A program made the position numbers and the translations under genes. Shown here piece by piece: positions 24,568 through 38,780 of a DNA stretch of 64,000 nt. Source of the stretch: Octopus vulgaris (taxonomy: Eukaryota). The notes under the pieces were generated by a model. The model was not told where the DNA came from. It searched no databases and saw nothing but the letters and a program-made list of their open reading frames with translations. The stretch spans positions 68,944,001 to 69,008,000 of the forward strand of contig OX597824.1 in assembly GCA_951406725.2 (NCBI GenBank), read 5' to 3'. Each line of letters opens with the position of its first letter. Positions within the stretch are counted from its first letter, which is position 1.

Positions 24568-24800
24568 GCGGCAAGCTGGCAGAAACGTTAGCACGCCGGG
24601 CGAAATGCTTAGCGATATTTCGTCTTCCGCTACGTTCTGAGTTCAAATTCCGCCGAGGTCGACTTTGCCTTTCATTCTTTTCGGGGTCGATGAATTAAGT
24701 ACCAGTTACGCACTGGGGTCGATATAATCGACTTACTGCCTTTGTCTGCCCTTGTTTGTCCCCTCTGTGTGTAGCCCCTTGTGGGCAGTAAAGAAATAAA
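24568..24800 (+). mobile_element. SINE family C
   Basis: Match to 16533-16762. Confidence 0.9.
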
Positions 24801-24832
24801 TTAAAAACACACACACACACACACACATATAT

Positions 24833-25205
24833 ACTCTTTTACTTGTTTCAGTCATTTGACTGCGGCCATGCTGGAGCACCGCCTTTAGTCGAGCAACTCG
24901 ACCCCGGGACTTATTCTTTTTTTAAGCCCAGTACTTATTCTATCGGTCTCTTTTGCCGAACCGCTAAGTAACAGGGACATAAACACACCAGCATCGGTTG
25001 TCAAGCAATGCTAGGAGGACAAACACAGACACACAAACACACACATGCATATATATATATACATATATACGACGGGCTTCTTTCAGTTTCCGTCTACCAA
25101 ATCCACTCACAAGGCTTTGGTCGGCCCGAGGCTATAGTAGAAGACACTTACCCAAGGTGCCACGCAGTGGGACTTAACCCGGAACCATGTGGCTGGTAAA
25201 CAAGC
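24833..25205 (-). mobile_element. SINE family B
   Basis: Close match to 43327-43700. Confidence 0.9.
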
Positions 25206-25215
25206 TATATATATA

Positions 25216-25427
25216 AATGCTGAAAATTTTCTGGATGCAAGGGTATCACGAAAGGCGCAGTTGGAGATGCAAACTTCTGACTTCTATTACAGGACTTAGA
25301 AAAAACTGAACGACCGCTGCAATAACTGTGAGAATCTGAAAGTAGAATATATTGAATAAAATCATAATTAACAGATCTTCCTATACGTCTTTTTACCCAA
25401 TGCCAGGAACATTTAAGCATGCCTTCG
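25216..25427 (+). mobile_element. Mariner-derived MITE (copy 1)
   Basis: Homologous to 35994-36209; retains the transposase end EKLNDRCNNCENLKVEYIE*. Confidence 0.7.
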
Positions 25428-25463
25428 TAAAAGTATGTATATATATACATATGTATACGTGTG

Positions 25464-25648
<185 letters not shown>

Positions 25649-25649
25649 C

Positions 25650-26435
25650 ATAAGGGGTATGGCCACTAAGTGGACATCCATTATGCTAGAAGTCGATCCT
25701 CTATGGTCTTACCACTAAGAATGGAATGTTCTCAAGAAAATTTAGCAAACGCTAGAACGTAAGCGAACCAGACAAATGAAAATATACAAAATATACAGAT
25801 TACTCACAAACCAGTTTCGTTTTTACCACTTACGTAATGATTTACGTAGATGCCCGCAACACATCAGTATGATCGTCATAGCAAAATATAATTTGCAGAA
25901 TTATGCACGACAGGTCCACATGAGATTGAACATGTATATAGTTATACCATTTTACGTTTGGGGTTCTATTTCAAAAGTCTTCGATTTGGTGCGCCAAAAT
26001 ACCGGAAATAATTCTGCAGAAAATAATTCTCTGCTGTGAATTTTGCCGATTAGAGAACATAGTAATTTAAATTTAATTTTAAAATAATAAGGGTGAAAAA
26101 TTGAATATTAATTTGATTAATATCAATTTAAAACCAGTGGTCTAGCATATAAGAAAATCTGAAGATTCAGAAAGATTATATTACATACATATAAAAGGAA
26201 CGACTACTAAGTGGACATCCGTTATGCAAGAAAATTTTATTGAGACCATACCTTTCTTAGTGGTAAGACCACAGGGGGCTGACTTCTAGCATAATGGATG
26301 TCCACTTAGTGGTCATCCCACTTACATGTATGTAATATAATTTTTCTGAATCTTCAGATTTTCCTATATGCTAGACCACTGGTTGTAAATTGATATCAAT
26401 CAAATTAATATTCAATTTTTCACCCTTATTACTTT
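25650..26435. mobile_element. Element with tandem plus inverted terminal copies between (TA)n tracts (probable PLE terminus)
   Basis: 26085-26227 is inverted to 26289-26431; 25658-25743 is inverted to 26232-26316. Confidence 0.6.
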
Positions 26436-26483
<48 letters not shown>

Positions 26484-26522
26484 TGGATTAACTTTATATA
26501 TATATATATATATAAATGTGTG

Positions 26523-26562
<40 letters not shown>

Positions 26563-26573
26563 GTGTGACCGTA

Positions 26574-26625
<52 letters not shown>

Positions 26626-27031
26626 TAGATAGATAGATACAGTATATACATACATGCATACATATAGGTACATACACACACACATACATATTATGTGGTA
26701 AGGCTTTAACAAGTAGAAAAGCACTCGGTCAGCCCCAACAGTTAAAATAATGTGACAATTAAAACCACAAATTTTGTAAAATAAATCTACCATAGGTTTA
26801 TACACACATAATGCATAAATTTGTGCTTGCATGTAAGCACAAATATACATATATATTTATACGGCTATGCATATATTTGCATATCCGTGTTTGTTAGCCA
26901 TATACCTCAGTTGGTGAGTGTCCCTACCTTAAGGGATCGATGCTAGATGTGTCCGAACAATTGTTGTGATTAACAAATTCTCGTGTATTCCATCTTCCAC
27001 CTTTCATTTGCCACATATATATATATATATC

Positions 27032-27426
<395 letters not shown>

Positions 27427-27772
27427 GTATATATATTATATATATATATATTATATATGTATATATATATTTGTGCATATACATACATATATGTATGTAT
27501 GTACGTGTGTGTGCGTTTGTGTGTGTACATACATATTTAATAACAGTTTGAAAGAGCTCCATATGGCTTAAAGTTTCCTAAGCCCGTTGGTCTGCTCATA
27601 GCGACTGCTGAGATGGACGTGGCCTACGCGCGTCCATCAAGCATTAAGTCATGTGGAACTGAGTTAAACCGTTATTAAAAATATATACAACTCCTACCAA
27701 GTCTGTTGAATGCTACTTCCTTTCTTTCGTTCACTCTTATCTTCATTCCATATATATATAATTATGTATGTA

Positions 27773-27824
<52 letters not shown>

Positions 27825-27825
<1 letters not shown>

Positions 27826-28250
27826 TAGCAGAGATACCCGGCGTTGTCCGTGTTACATGCAATTGAAGAGTTAGACTTTTCTGTTATATTTTCTGTAATG
27901 AACTGGAATACCTATGATTAGAATTTCATCAAAATTGCAGATGTGGGTTCTTTCCCTCTTTACACACCCTAAAAGTTTCTAATGATGACACATGTATCCC
28001 ACACTACTGATCTTTATGCGCAGATTCTAAAATTCCAGTTTTATAGAACCTATTAAAAGGATTTTGCTCCTGAAATATGGCGGTCATGGGGCTCTAAAAT
28101 GAGGAAGTTAAGGCCCCTATTGGGGGTGAGTGTTTTAATGTCAACCAGAGAAGTTGAATTGTTGAGAATGTTTTTAACTTGGATCTTATATGTTGGGTCT
28201 TATAACTTGGGTCTTTGAATTTCTTTGAAATAGGAAATATATGTATGTCC
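27825..28250 (-). mobile_element. Helitron 3' end (5' boundary uncertain)
   Basis: A|CTAG-CAGAGATACCCGGCGTTGTCCG, the same terminus type as 56328. Confidence 0.6.
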
Positions 28251-28789
28251 ACTGGGTTTGTAAAAGAGAGCTACAGGAAACCAAATGACGAATGATCACA
28301 ATAAGCAGTCAGCTACTCTACCCTCGTTGTTACCACACCTAATGTAGGATTCCTCACCATACAGGTGACAGGCACAGTCGTAAGATGCATTACGAATCTA
28401 TAGCAATTGGAAGGGCGAGACCCAACTCAAATAAACATTAATGACTGTATCACGTGAGGGCTAAGGAGAAATGAAAGTGTCACCTCTGGAGTTTGAAAAT
28501 GACCGCTATAACCGGTAGATAACTGGACAGAATAAATTTACAATCTATAAATGTCTTTGAATAAACAGTCACTCATCTGGGAAGGCCTTGAAATCAATGT
28601 TACCATCTGGGGACTATGTGTGACCCAGCGATAATAAAAAGACTCAAAGGAGGTCTGGAACCAAATATCTTTACTCAACACATTGCAACTGAATCAGTGG
28701 CGGCAAAGATGCCTCTCATTTACTTGACAATTTGTACACCACATTGCAGAAATCACAATCTAAATAAATCTCAAATCAAACTCTTACAT

Positions 28790-29688
28790 TGAATTACAAA
28801 TAATGCTAATCTTCTATGCTCGGGTGACCCTACAGCTTCCTGTGAATAAAAGGACGGAGTGAAAGAGCGGCACAAAACTGATTCAGGCGTTTCAAGCAAG
28901 ATGATTCGAGACTCAAAGATAAACCAATGTCAGGAAGACCTTCTGTTGTATAAGATGTGACCTTGCTTGAAATGGTTGAAAAACTGCCACGCGCACGCTT
29001 ACGTACATTGTTGGCAGTATTTGGATTTTCAAAAAGCACCATCAGCCAACACCTCTACGACCTCGGCCTTGTGATTAGAAGCTGTCGAGAAGTTCCTCAT
29101 GAACAGAGTGATGACCAAGCTCATCATCGCGTCAACATTTGCCAAAACCTGCTTGCAAATCCTCGATATGCTCTGCTTGCAAGTCCTCGATATGCTGGTT
29201 TTTGGGTCCAATTTTAACTAGGGATGAAAAATGGATTTAGTTTCGTAATCCTAATGAGAGAAATCAGTGGCTTCATTCAGGTCATGCTTCAGAACCTGTT
29301 GTCAAACAAGAGTGGTTAGAACGGAAGGTCTTTTGTGTATTTGGTAGAATTTCGAGGGCGTGTTCCATTTTGAGCTTGTCCTATTATGCTGTGAGCGCTA
29401 ACCTTTATACGCAACAACTGCAGCGAGTATATGATGCTTTGAAAGCCCGCTATCCGGCATCGGTCAATAGAAGACGCGCATTCCTACAATATGATTATGT
29501 TCCGGCCCATACTGCCAATGTGACGAAGCGCAAAACTGAGGAACTTGAGGGCTTCAATTCAGAACTTGCACCATCGGATTAGCATCCTTTCCGCCGCAAG
29601 GCTCATTTCCTGCACACACAGAGGTTCAAAACTGTAGATGTGGTTGAAAACAGGTGCAGCGAATGTTTTGCTTCCGAACCTGCCAAAT
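28790..29688 (+). pseudogene. Decayed mariner transposase, 3' end replaced by an R4-type element
   Basis: SERAAQN*FRRFK..SGRPS, STISQHL, EVPHE, RDEKWI, LYTQQLQRV, LQYDYVPAHTA, SELAPSD; 24-bp tandem duplication at 29149-29196; no TIRs found. Confidence 0.85.
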
Positions 29689-30077
29689 GACATAGTCTTA
29701 ATTGTGAAAGAAAGCAAACCATGCTGGATCATAGATATAGCATGCCCAGCTGACAACAAGGTATGCGATAAAGAAGAAAGAAAAGTCGAGAGATATGACA
29801 GGTTAGCTTCGGAAGTTAAGCACTTGTGGTCGATGAGAAAGGTAGCAGTAGTACCAATAGTTGTCGGTGTCCTGGGAACAGTGAGCAAAAATCTCGAGAA
29901 GTACGTGGAACAAATAGGGGCTGCAATAAGGGTGGATCACTTGCAGAAAACAGCACTGCTCAGAACCACTCGAATACTCCGGAAGGTGCTCGAAAAATAA
30001 GAGATGTTACCTTAGTTCACAGGTAGTGAACAGCTGACACTGTAATACATCTCCAATGTTAGAAGCTGTGCAAAGGC
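29689..30077 (+). mobile_element. R4/Dong-type retrotransposon 3' end (REL endonuclease, 3' UTR), followed by a (TAA)n tail to 30243
   Basis: DIVLIVKESKPCWIIDIACPAD..KE..K..RY..L..W..VVPIVVG.LG..LQKTALL is the REL domain; same family as 45341-46062. Confidence 0.9.
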
Positions 30078-30113
30078 AATAATAATGATGATAATAATAA
30101 TAATAATAATAAC

Positions 30114-30243
<130 letters not shown>

Positions 30244-30640
30244 CTTTTCTACTCTAGGCACAAGGCCTGAAAATCTTGGGGAGGGGGCCAGTCGATTTGA
30301 TCGACCCCAGTATGCAACTGGTACTTAATTTATCGACTCCGAAAGGATGAAAAGCAAAATCAACCTCGGTAGAATTTGAACTCAGAACGAAAAGGCGGAC
30401 GAATAATAATAATAATAATAATAATCTTTTCTACTCTAGGCACAAGGCCCGAAAATCTTGGGGAAGAGGCCAGTCGATATGATCGACCCCAGTATGCAAC
30501 TGGTACTTAATTTATCGACTCCGAAAGGATGAAAAGCAAAATCAACCTCGGTAGAATTTAAACTCAGAACGAAAAGGCGGACGAAATGCCGCTATGCATT
30601 TCGTCCGGTGTGCTAACGATTCTACCAGTTCGTCACCTTG
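30244..30640 (-). mobile_element. SINE family C with tandem ~180-bp duplication
   Basis: 30244-30403 is repeated at 30425-30585, separated by a short (TAA)n. Confidence 0.85.
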
Positions 30641-30669
30641 ATGCAGTCTAATATTAGCTATCATGGTTA

Positions 30670-31650
30670 AATGGTGGTTATGTTGGATGTGGTTGTTGTG
30701 GCTTTAGTGGTATTGATAGTGGTGTTGGTGTTGGTATTGGTGATGATAGTGGAGGTAGACTTAGTGAGTGATGGTCATATTTTGATGAAATCGTGGTAAA
30801 GATAATGTTAGCGATGAGAATTAGGAGTAGTCGTGGTAATGAAGATGATGATGGTGGTGATGGCACCAGTGGCGGAGATGGTAATTATGATGACCGCGGT
30901 GGTTGTAGTAGCGTCGGTGGTGATAGTGGTAATGGTCAATGCGGTCGTTGTAGTAGTGGTGGTGGCGTCGGTGCTGGTAGTGGTGATGGCCATGCTGGTT
31001 GTGGTAGTGGCGGTGATAGTAGTCATGGACATCGTAGTTGTGGTATTGCCGGTGGCGGCGTCGGTGGATGTAGTGCTGATGGTCATCGTGGTTGTGGTAG
31101 TGGTGGTGGTAACGTCAGTGGTGTGGTAAGTGTTGTAGTATTGGTCGCAGTGGTGGTAGTGGCGGTGGTGGTGGTAGTGGCGGTGGTGGTGGTGGTGGCA
31201 ACAGCGACTGTGGTGGTGATTTAGTAGTGATTGTGGCAGTGAAGGTGATCGTGATAGCAGAGGCAGATGTTGTAGTAGTGTTGGTGGTAGTGGTGGTTGT
31301 CATCGCCGCCATCGTCGTTGTCGTTGTCGTTGACGTGGTCACGGTCGTAGCGTCAGCAATGTGGTCGGGGTGGTGACGGTGAGAGTGGTGGCGGTGTGAC
31401 GCCGTGTCGGTGTTGGTAGGAGTTTCCTTCTTAATGGCAGCTGTTAGGGAAGTAGAAAAGTGGTAGTAGCGGTGGTGGTGGTGTTGGTGATGGTGGTGGT
31501 GGCGGTAGCGGTGGCAGCAGTGGTGGTAGCGGTGGAGGGAGTAGTGATGGTCGTCGTCGTGGTAGTGGTGGTCGTAGTAGTGATGGTGGTGGTGGTGGTG
31601 GTGTTGGTAGCGAAGGCTGTAATGGCAGTGAAGGTGTTATGATGGTTACA
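30670..31650. repeat. GGT/GTC-rich low-complexity tract
   Basis: Degenerate (GGT)n. Confidence 0.8.
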
Positions 31651-31746
31651 TTTGATTTTTAAATGTCCATATTGAAAATTAAAATTGGATTGCAATGATT
31701 TTAACCCTTACAAATGAAAGCCAACAACGTTAATACTCACACACAC

Positions 31747-31793
<47 letters not shown>

Positions 31794-31865
31794 TATATAT
31801 ATAAATACACACACATATACACATACATAAAGTCACAGGACAGACAAATACAAATACATACATAC

Positions 31866-31903
<38 letters not shown>

Positions 31904-31968
31904 TAGGCACAAACAAAAAACAAGGAAAATACGTTAGAAGAGTAAGAAAACTACATCATAAAACAAAG

Positions 31969-32070
<102 letters not shown>

Positions 32071-32250
32071 TGATGATAATAATAACAAATACAAGAAAAG
32101 ACACCACCTACCACCCACCCCCGCCATCAGCAAAAAAGGTGGTGGAGAGAAATATTATTTCAATGTGTTTTGATATTATATTGAAGTCTATAGACATTAT
32201 TGAAAATGTTAGGTAACTGTAATGTTCCAGAACAAACACACATATCCATG

Positions 32251-32322
<72 letters not shown>

Positions 32323-32583
32323 TATACAAACACTCTCACTCTCACACACATATGTATGTATATGTATGTATATGTATATATATATGTATATATTTTATAT
32401 ACATATATATACATATAGATACTGTATACATACAATATAGATATAAATAGATAGATATATAGATATATATATATATTTACATATATATATGTACGTATAT
32501 ATATATATATTTACAAGTATATATATATGTATAGACATGTACATATATGCATATATATATATATACATATATATATACATACA

Positions 32584-32652
<69 letters not shown>

Positions 32653-32779
32653 TCATCTATACATAGATATAGGCATGTACATGTTTGTGAGTGTGTATGT
32701 ATGTGTGACAGCAGTCATAAAATTAATATATACATATGCATGTGGCTTTATATATACATATGTGAGTTTATGCCTATGA

Positions 32780-32832
<53 letters not shown>

Positions 32833-33314
32833 GGGTTAAATATAAATGTAAGCATGAATATAAAGACATATATCTTTATATGTGTAAATTAATGAAAATA
32901 AAGTATTCAAATATACATATATATTTATTGGCATAGTCAGAAACGCATACGAACGCACAGGTACACACAACTTACATACAAATATACTAATAATTTTAGA
33001 ACGTGTGCGCTTGATAGAATGACAGAGAAAGATAGAAAGAGAGAGAGAGAGAGACAGAGAGGGACAAAGATAGTGAAGGAGGCTGAATGAGAGAGGTGAA
33101 GGAGACAGAGAAAGTGATACATATACAGGCATGTATGCATACATATGTATATGTTTCTCGCTCTCTCTCTTTATACATACATACATACATACATCATACA
33201 TACATACATACATACATACATACATACATACACACAGGTAGAAAATATACATATTTCTTTATGATTGTTCAAGAAAATTATATCTGTGACTATATACATA
33301 CCTATATACATACC

Positions 33315-33427
<113 letters not shown>

Positions 33428-33763
33428 CATATACATATATATATATATGTATATGTATATATATACGTGTTTATGTATTTGTATGTATATATATGAATGT
33501 AAATAAACATATATACCTACGTATTATATTTCCAATGATCACATTGGCTTTAAATATTCATTTTACAAATGTAAAATTGCATATATGTATATATGCATAT
33601 ATGTATACACGTGTGTGGATGTATACTTGTATATGTATGTAAGTGTATGTATATATATACATACACGCATACGTATACATATACATACACGCACATACAT
33701 ATATATGACATATATGTACAGATATATATGTGTGTTAAGAACATCAAGTAAAGAACCATATAG

Positions 33764-33797
<34 letters not shown>

Positions 33798-34111
33798 CGT
33801 GTATATATGTGTGTGCGTTTGTGTGTATGTGTGCGTGCGCACACGTACATATATGTATGTATATGTATGTATATCAATAAATTTTCAACGGTAGCAAAAG
33901 TGTATTTCGATACTAAGTGTAGCAAAGGACTCACATATTTATTTTAATATGTCTCGATTTATTTTCTGCAGTCACTTTCAATGACTTCATTTTATTGACT
34001 ACATATACACACACACACGCACGCACGCACGCACACACACATACACACACACACACGCACACATATTTATGTATATATATGTATATGTATATACACACAC
34101 GCACATATGTT

Positions 34112-34166
<55 letters not shown>

Positions 34167-34183
34167 GTATATATATGTGTATG

Positions 34184-34227
<44 letters not shown>

Positions 34228-34233
34228 TTTGTT

Positions 34234-34280
<47 letters not shown>

Positions 34281-34539
34281 TGTGTACGAAAGAAGTATAT
34301 GCAAAGATGTGTATATATATATAGAAACATACAGATATATACATACATTTACATACATTCACATATTCATTTATATATGTATATATGTGTGTCCGGGTGT
34401 ATACATTCATACACAAACACATCTATATATATATAAATATATATATACTTTCATACATACATACATACATACATACATAATCACACGCACACACAAACGT
34501 GCATTTTGATATACGTCTGAGGACGAATAAAATAATACG

Positions 34540-35050
34540 GCACTCAACACAAATTATTATGGAAACTTTTACCCAAAATAAGCAACACTTACCAACTACA
34601 CAACAATGTCACTATCTCTTTATTGTGTACAATGTCAATGTTAGTTATTCTTGTCTAGACAAGATCGTTTGATGCATCGTACGATACTAAAGAATGAAAA
34701 AAAAGCTTTACATCTGCCGTCAGTCTGCAACTGCTGATATAAAATCATGTATCAACTGAATGCTTCTGATTATCGTAGACAATGATATATTGGGTGATAC
34801 TATGTGATCTAATGCTATCCAGTAAATTTTTGCGGCAGTTATATGCAATTATATCCAGGAAGCTTCTTTCAGTTTATGTATTCCTTAAGGCTGAGTTAAA
34901 AGAAAATCTCAGTTCCTTGTTTCACTTTATCTGGATGTGTTCAGACCAAAGAATCGTTCTGTAAAGTATAACCTAATATATTTTCAAAACCTCATTTTTA
35001 TACCGGATTCTAAAATTGCTGATTTTCTGTCAATCAGAAACAACATATAT
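34540..35050 (+). pseudogene. Possible decayed Penelope-like ORF remnant
   Basis: NVNVSYSCLDKI (cf. VKVSYSCMPNI) and VCNC motifs. Confidence 0.4.
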
Positions 35051-35084
35051 TACAAACAGATAAAAAAAAATGCTAAATTCATGT

Positions 35085-35555
35085 TATTTTCTTCTCTAGT
35101 TTCAGCTCAGAGCTGTGGCCATGCTGATGCAGCACCGTTTTGCTACACTGTTATTACTAAGAGCCTCCTCTAATATGTGGCACTCGGTGAAGAATGGAGT
35201 TTGATATAGGTACCCTCGTTTGTACCTCTTGCCGTGAGGTAGTTTCATCTGGGACTCTCGACTGGAAGAGGTCCAGCTTTGATTTAAAAACCCCTACATC
35301 TACTTTGTACAAGTTCCTCAGACTCTTTGAGAGAATATTAAAAAGCTGTGGGCCCTTGAAACCCAGGCTGTTGCAGTAACTGGTACTGAAGCGTGATGGC
35401 ATTGGTGGGAACTTTGGCACTATGCAGTGTCGTCCCGTTCTGGCATTGGTGTAGCTTTCAATGCCAAAATTTGGCACAATTCCTTCCAGGATTTTCCAGA
35501 TGTATATTACTGCATACCTCTCCCGTCTTCTTTCCAGGGAGTAGAGTCTTAACTT
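35085..35555 (-). mobile_element. CR1-group LINE 3' end
   Basis: LRLYSLERRRERYAVIYIWKILEGIVPN..GPQLFNIL..FKSKLDLFQSRVPDE..SNSI, then a short 3' UTR with hairpin. Confidence 0.9.
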
Positions 35556-35739
35556 AAATGTTAGCTAATTTTTAGTCAATAATTGTTGACACTAAACCCT
35601 AAAATTCACTGAAATTTTGAATTTCACTGTCATTTCAAGACAAGTACAGCAAACTAGATTTTTGCTTTCTTGAAAGATTTCCTTCCGGTTTATAGTTACT
35701 TGCTGGTAGTAATGTCAATTAGTAAGCAACGATGTGTCA

Positions 35740-35753
35740 GTTGCTTAGGTAAC
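35740..35753. promoter_or_regulatory. RFX X-box-like motif
   Basis: GTTGCTTAGGTAAC; a single motif match only. Confidence 0.2.
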
Positions 35754-35790
35754 CAGAATTCACTTATACTATATTTTTTATGGTTTATAT

Positions 35791-35975
35791 CAGTGTTGCG
35801 CTACCGGTATGCCGCAGCACACTTGTGTACCGTGAGACGCTGCTAAGTGTGCCGCAGTGCAACCCAAATACAATTTTTTTCCCTATTGTTTTAGTTATAT
35901 TTTTGGGTCAAGTGTGCCGCCGAACTTTCAAAAGACTATAAGTGTACCGCAAATGAAAAAGGTTGCGGAGCACTG
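35791..35975. mobile_element. hAT (Charlie-like) MITE
   Basis: TIRs CAGTGTTGCGCTACC and GGTTGCGGAGCACTG; 8-bp TSD GTTTATAT/GTTTGTAT. Confidence 0.85.
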
Positions 35976-35993
35976 GTTTGTATCCGACATTTA

Positions 35994-36209
35994 CTAGGGG
36001 GTGTTGATAAGTTCCTGACTTTAAGGGTATCACGAAAGGTTTGGTTGGAAGCCCAACCTTCTGAGTTCTTCTACATGTCTTAGAAAAACGGAAAGACCGC
36101 TGCACTAAGTGCAAGAATTTGAGAGGGGAATATGCTGAATAAAATAATTAGCTGTTCCTCTTGCATTCACTTTAACCCAAAGCCAGGAACTTTTTAACCT
36201 CACCCCTCG
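35994..36209 (+). mobile_element. Mariner-derived MITE (copy 2)
   Basis: TIRs ..GGGGGTGTTGATAAGTTCCTGACTTT and AAAGCCAGGAAC..CACCCCTCG with TA flanks; transposase end DRCTKCKNLRGEYAE*. Confidence 0.8.
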
Positions 36210-37100
36210 TATATATTCTACTTACTTCTGTTGCTTCACCCCACTACTTTCTACCGTCCTTCATACCTGTGAATTTTGCACTATTCCCTCAGTTAATATT
36301 TCTTGATGTCTCAGTTTATATTTAAACTGATTTTTTTTTTGCTAATCACTCTCTTTGATAGCAATAATTTGTGTTCACTTCTACCTTTTCGAAACTTCTT
36401 TATTGTAAATACTCGAGTTTTCTTTAACTCTTTACCCCAGTTTCATGATTTTGCCTTCTGTGTTCTCAGTCGTACGACTTGAATTCGTTTTGTGTTTTGC
36501 ATTGTTGCATTCCGGACGAAACAGTTCAAGTCTCTATTTCAGCCACAAACCGTATTGACACATGATAAAGAGAAAGCGTAGCCGCTATGTGGGTATTACC
36601 ATCATATATATATAATATGTATAATGATTTCTGGAAAATTATTCGAAGAAATTGCCGGCAATTTTTTTCTTGGCTGCGGACAAAAAACTGCGCTTGCGCG
36701 GTGGATTTGAAAAATTATAATGTATAAGCAAGAGACGCATGCTGGATTAATTTCGTACTAATATGTTTAATTTTGGCGTACCTGTTGACGAAGACTTCGC
36801 CTAGCAAATTATTTTATTTGCTAAAAAAAAGTCTGAAACCATGGTCCACAAAATAGATGGTAAATGTTTTTATTTTTCATTCCCTTCGAAATTTTATCCC
36901 TATTAGTGGTTTGGAATTTAGCTGTTCCTTCTAGCGTAAGGGAGTCCTATGATGGACACCTCTTATGTGTTTAAATATAAATTGTATTATATATATATGT
37001 GTGTGTGTGGGGGTATATAAGTATGCATGTATGTATACATCTATATATACACATATATGCATACATGCTTGTAAATGTATAACATGCATACATGTATACA

Positions 37101-37994
37101 CAGTGAGTGGGGTGTATCTGAGGACATTTAATTATTAGTGTATTACTCTCTTCAATTCAATTCAGATTTTTTTAAATTTCTTTCAGAAATATTATCCGCT
37201 ATTAGCATAGCGGATAATTTGCTAAAACAAAAAATAAAAAGTCTTGCCGTCATTGTCGCCGTATGTGAGGAACACAGCGATTTAAAAATTGTCAACCCTC
37301 TGAATATGCGAGATATTTTGTACAGGAAGTTCGGACAGAATTGAAAGATTCTGGCAGGAATTTCCGCTGTAAGAAAGAGAAAAAACAAAGCATTTTGAAT
37401 TTCGTCTAATTATTTATGATGAACTTGGAAAATTAATGAGGACCATTGCAGAAAAATTTCAGCGGTCGGAGATGACTCTGAGAACTGTGTTACATGAGAA
37501 TGTTCGATGCATGTCATATATATCAAGGAGAGGCCAATTCATGTCTGGAAACACACAGGAACACCGTTGGCTGCATGCCAAGTGGTTGGTTCTTTTCTGA
37601 CGAGAAAGACACGGGCCAGGACCAACTCTATAAGAGGAAAAATGACGGCTGGTTATGTTATGATCTTTCTTACGTCCCCAGAGTGATGCACACTGAGATT
37701 CCAACAACTCTGAAGGGTTTAGGAGTGGTCAGTAAGGAATGTCATACCCACTCACATCTACTCAAAAAGACGTGTTTCAACGAGACTCATAAGAGTAGAA
37801 TGTCAGACAATATTTAGGATCATGTTACATCAAACTCGTGGCCTCCATACTTACAGCATTGTTGAAATGCTGACAAATCAGCATCGTCAGAACACCATAG
37901 TTTGAATGCAGGCCACTACTGTCCGAGTGATGTCCGAAATGAATTATGACAATTTAGTAGAGGTATACCATGGTTTCCGGTTCCAGATTGAAGC

Positions 37995-37995
<1 letters not shown>
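37101..37995 (+). pseudogene. Decayed DD37D (maT-like) transposon
   Basis: CAGTG start; WFFSDEK..QDQ.Y.R.ND.WLC..VPRVMHT..P.T..LGVVS.E, later WPP. Confidence 0.75.
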
Positions 37996-38072
<77 letters not shown>

Positions 38073-38299
38073 AGTGAAAGAATGGAGTCGAACGACGTCC
38101 ATTCTTTCACTTATTTTTAGTTAAAAAAGCGCACAAATTTCCACACGAAAACACGTGATTTCTGCCCCTAGCATGTAGCTTCAACCGTGTTTTCTAACGT
38201 GAATTTGCTACCCGGGTATCGGTTAACCGAATTGTCCATACTAGGATAATTCATTCACCTACTTATATATATATATATATATATAAATATATATAGTGA

Positions 38300-38780
<481 letters not shown>

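Noticed and set aside
29638-30000. 120-aa ORF as a novel nuclease gene
   Set aside because: Truncated retrotransposon REL domain with an accidental upstream extension and a non-ATG start.
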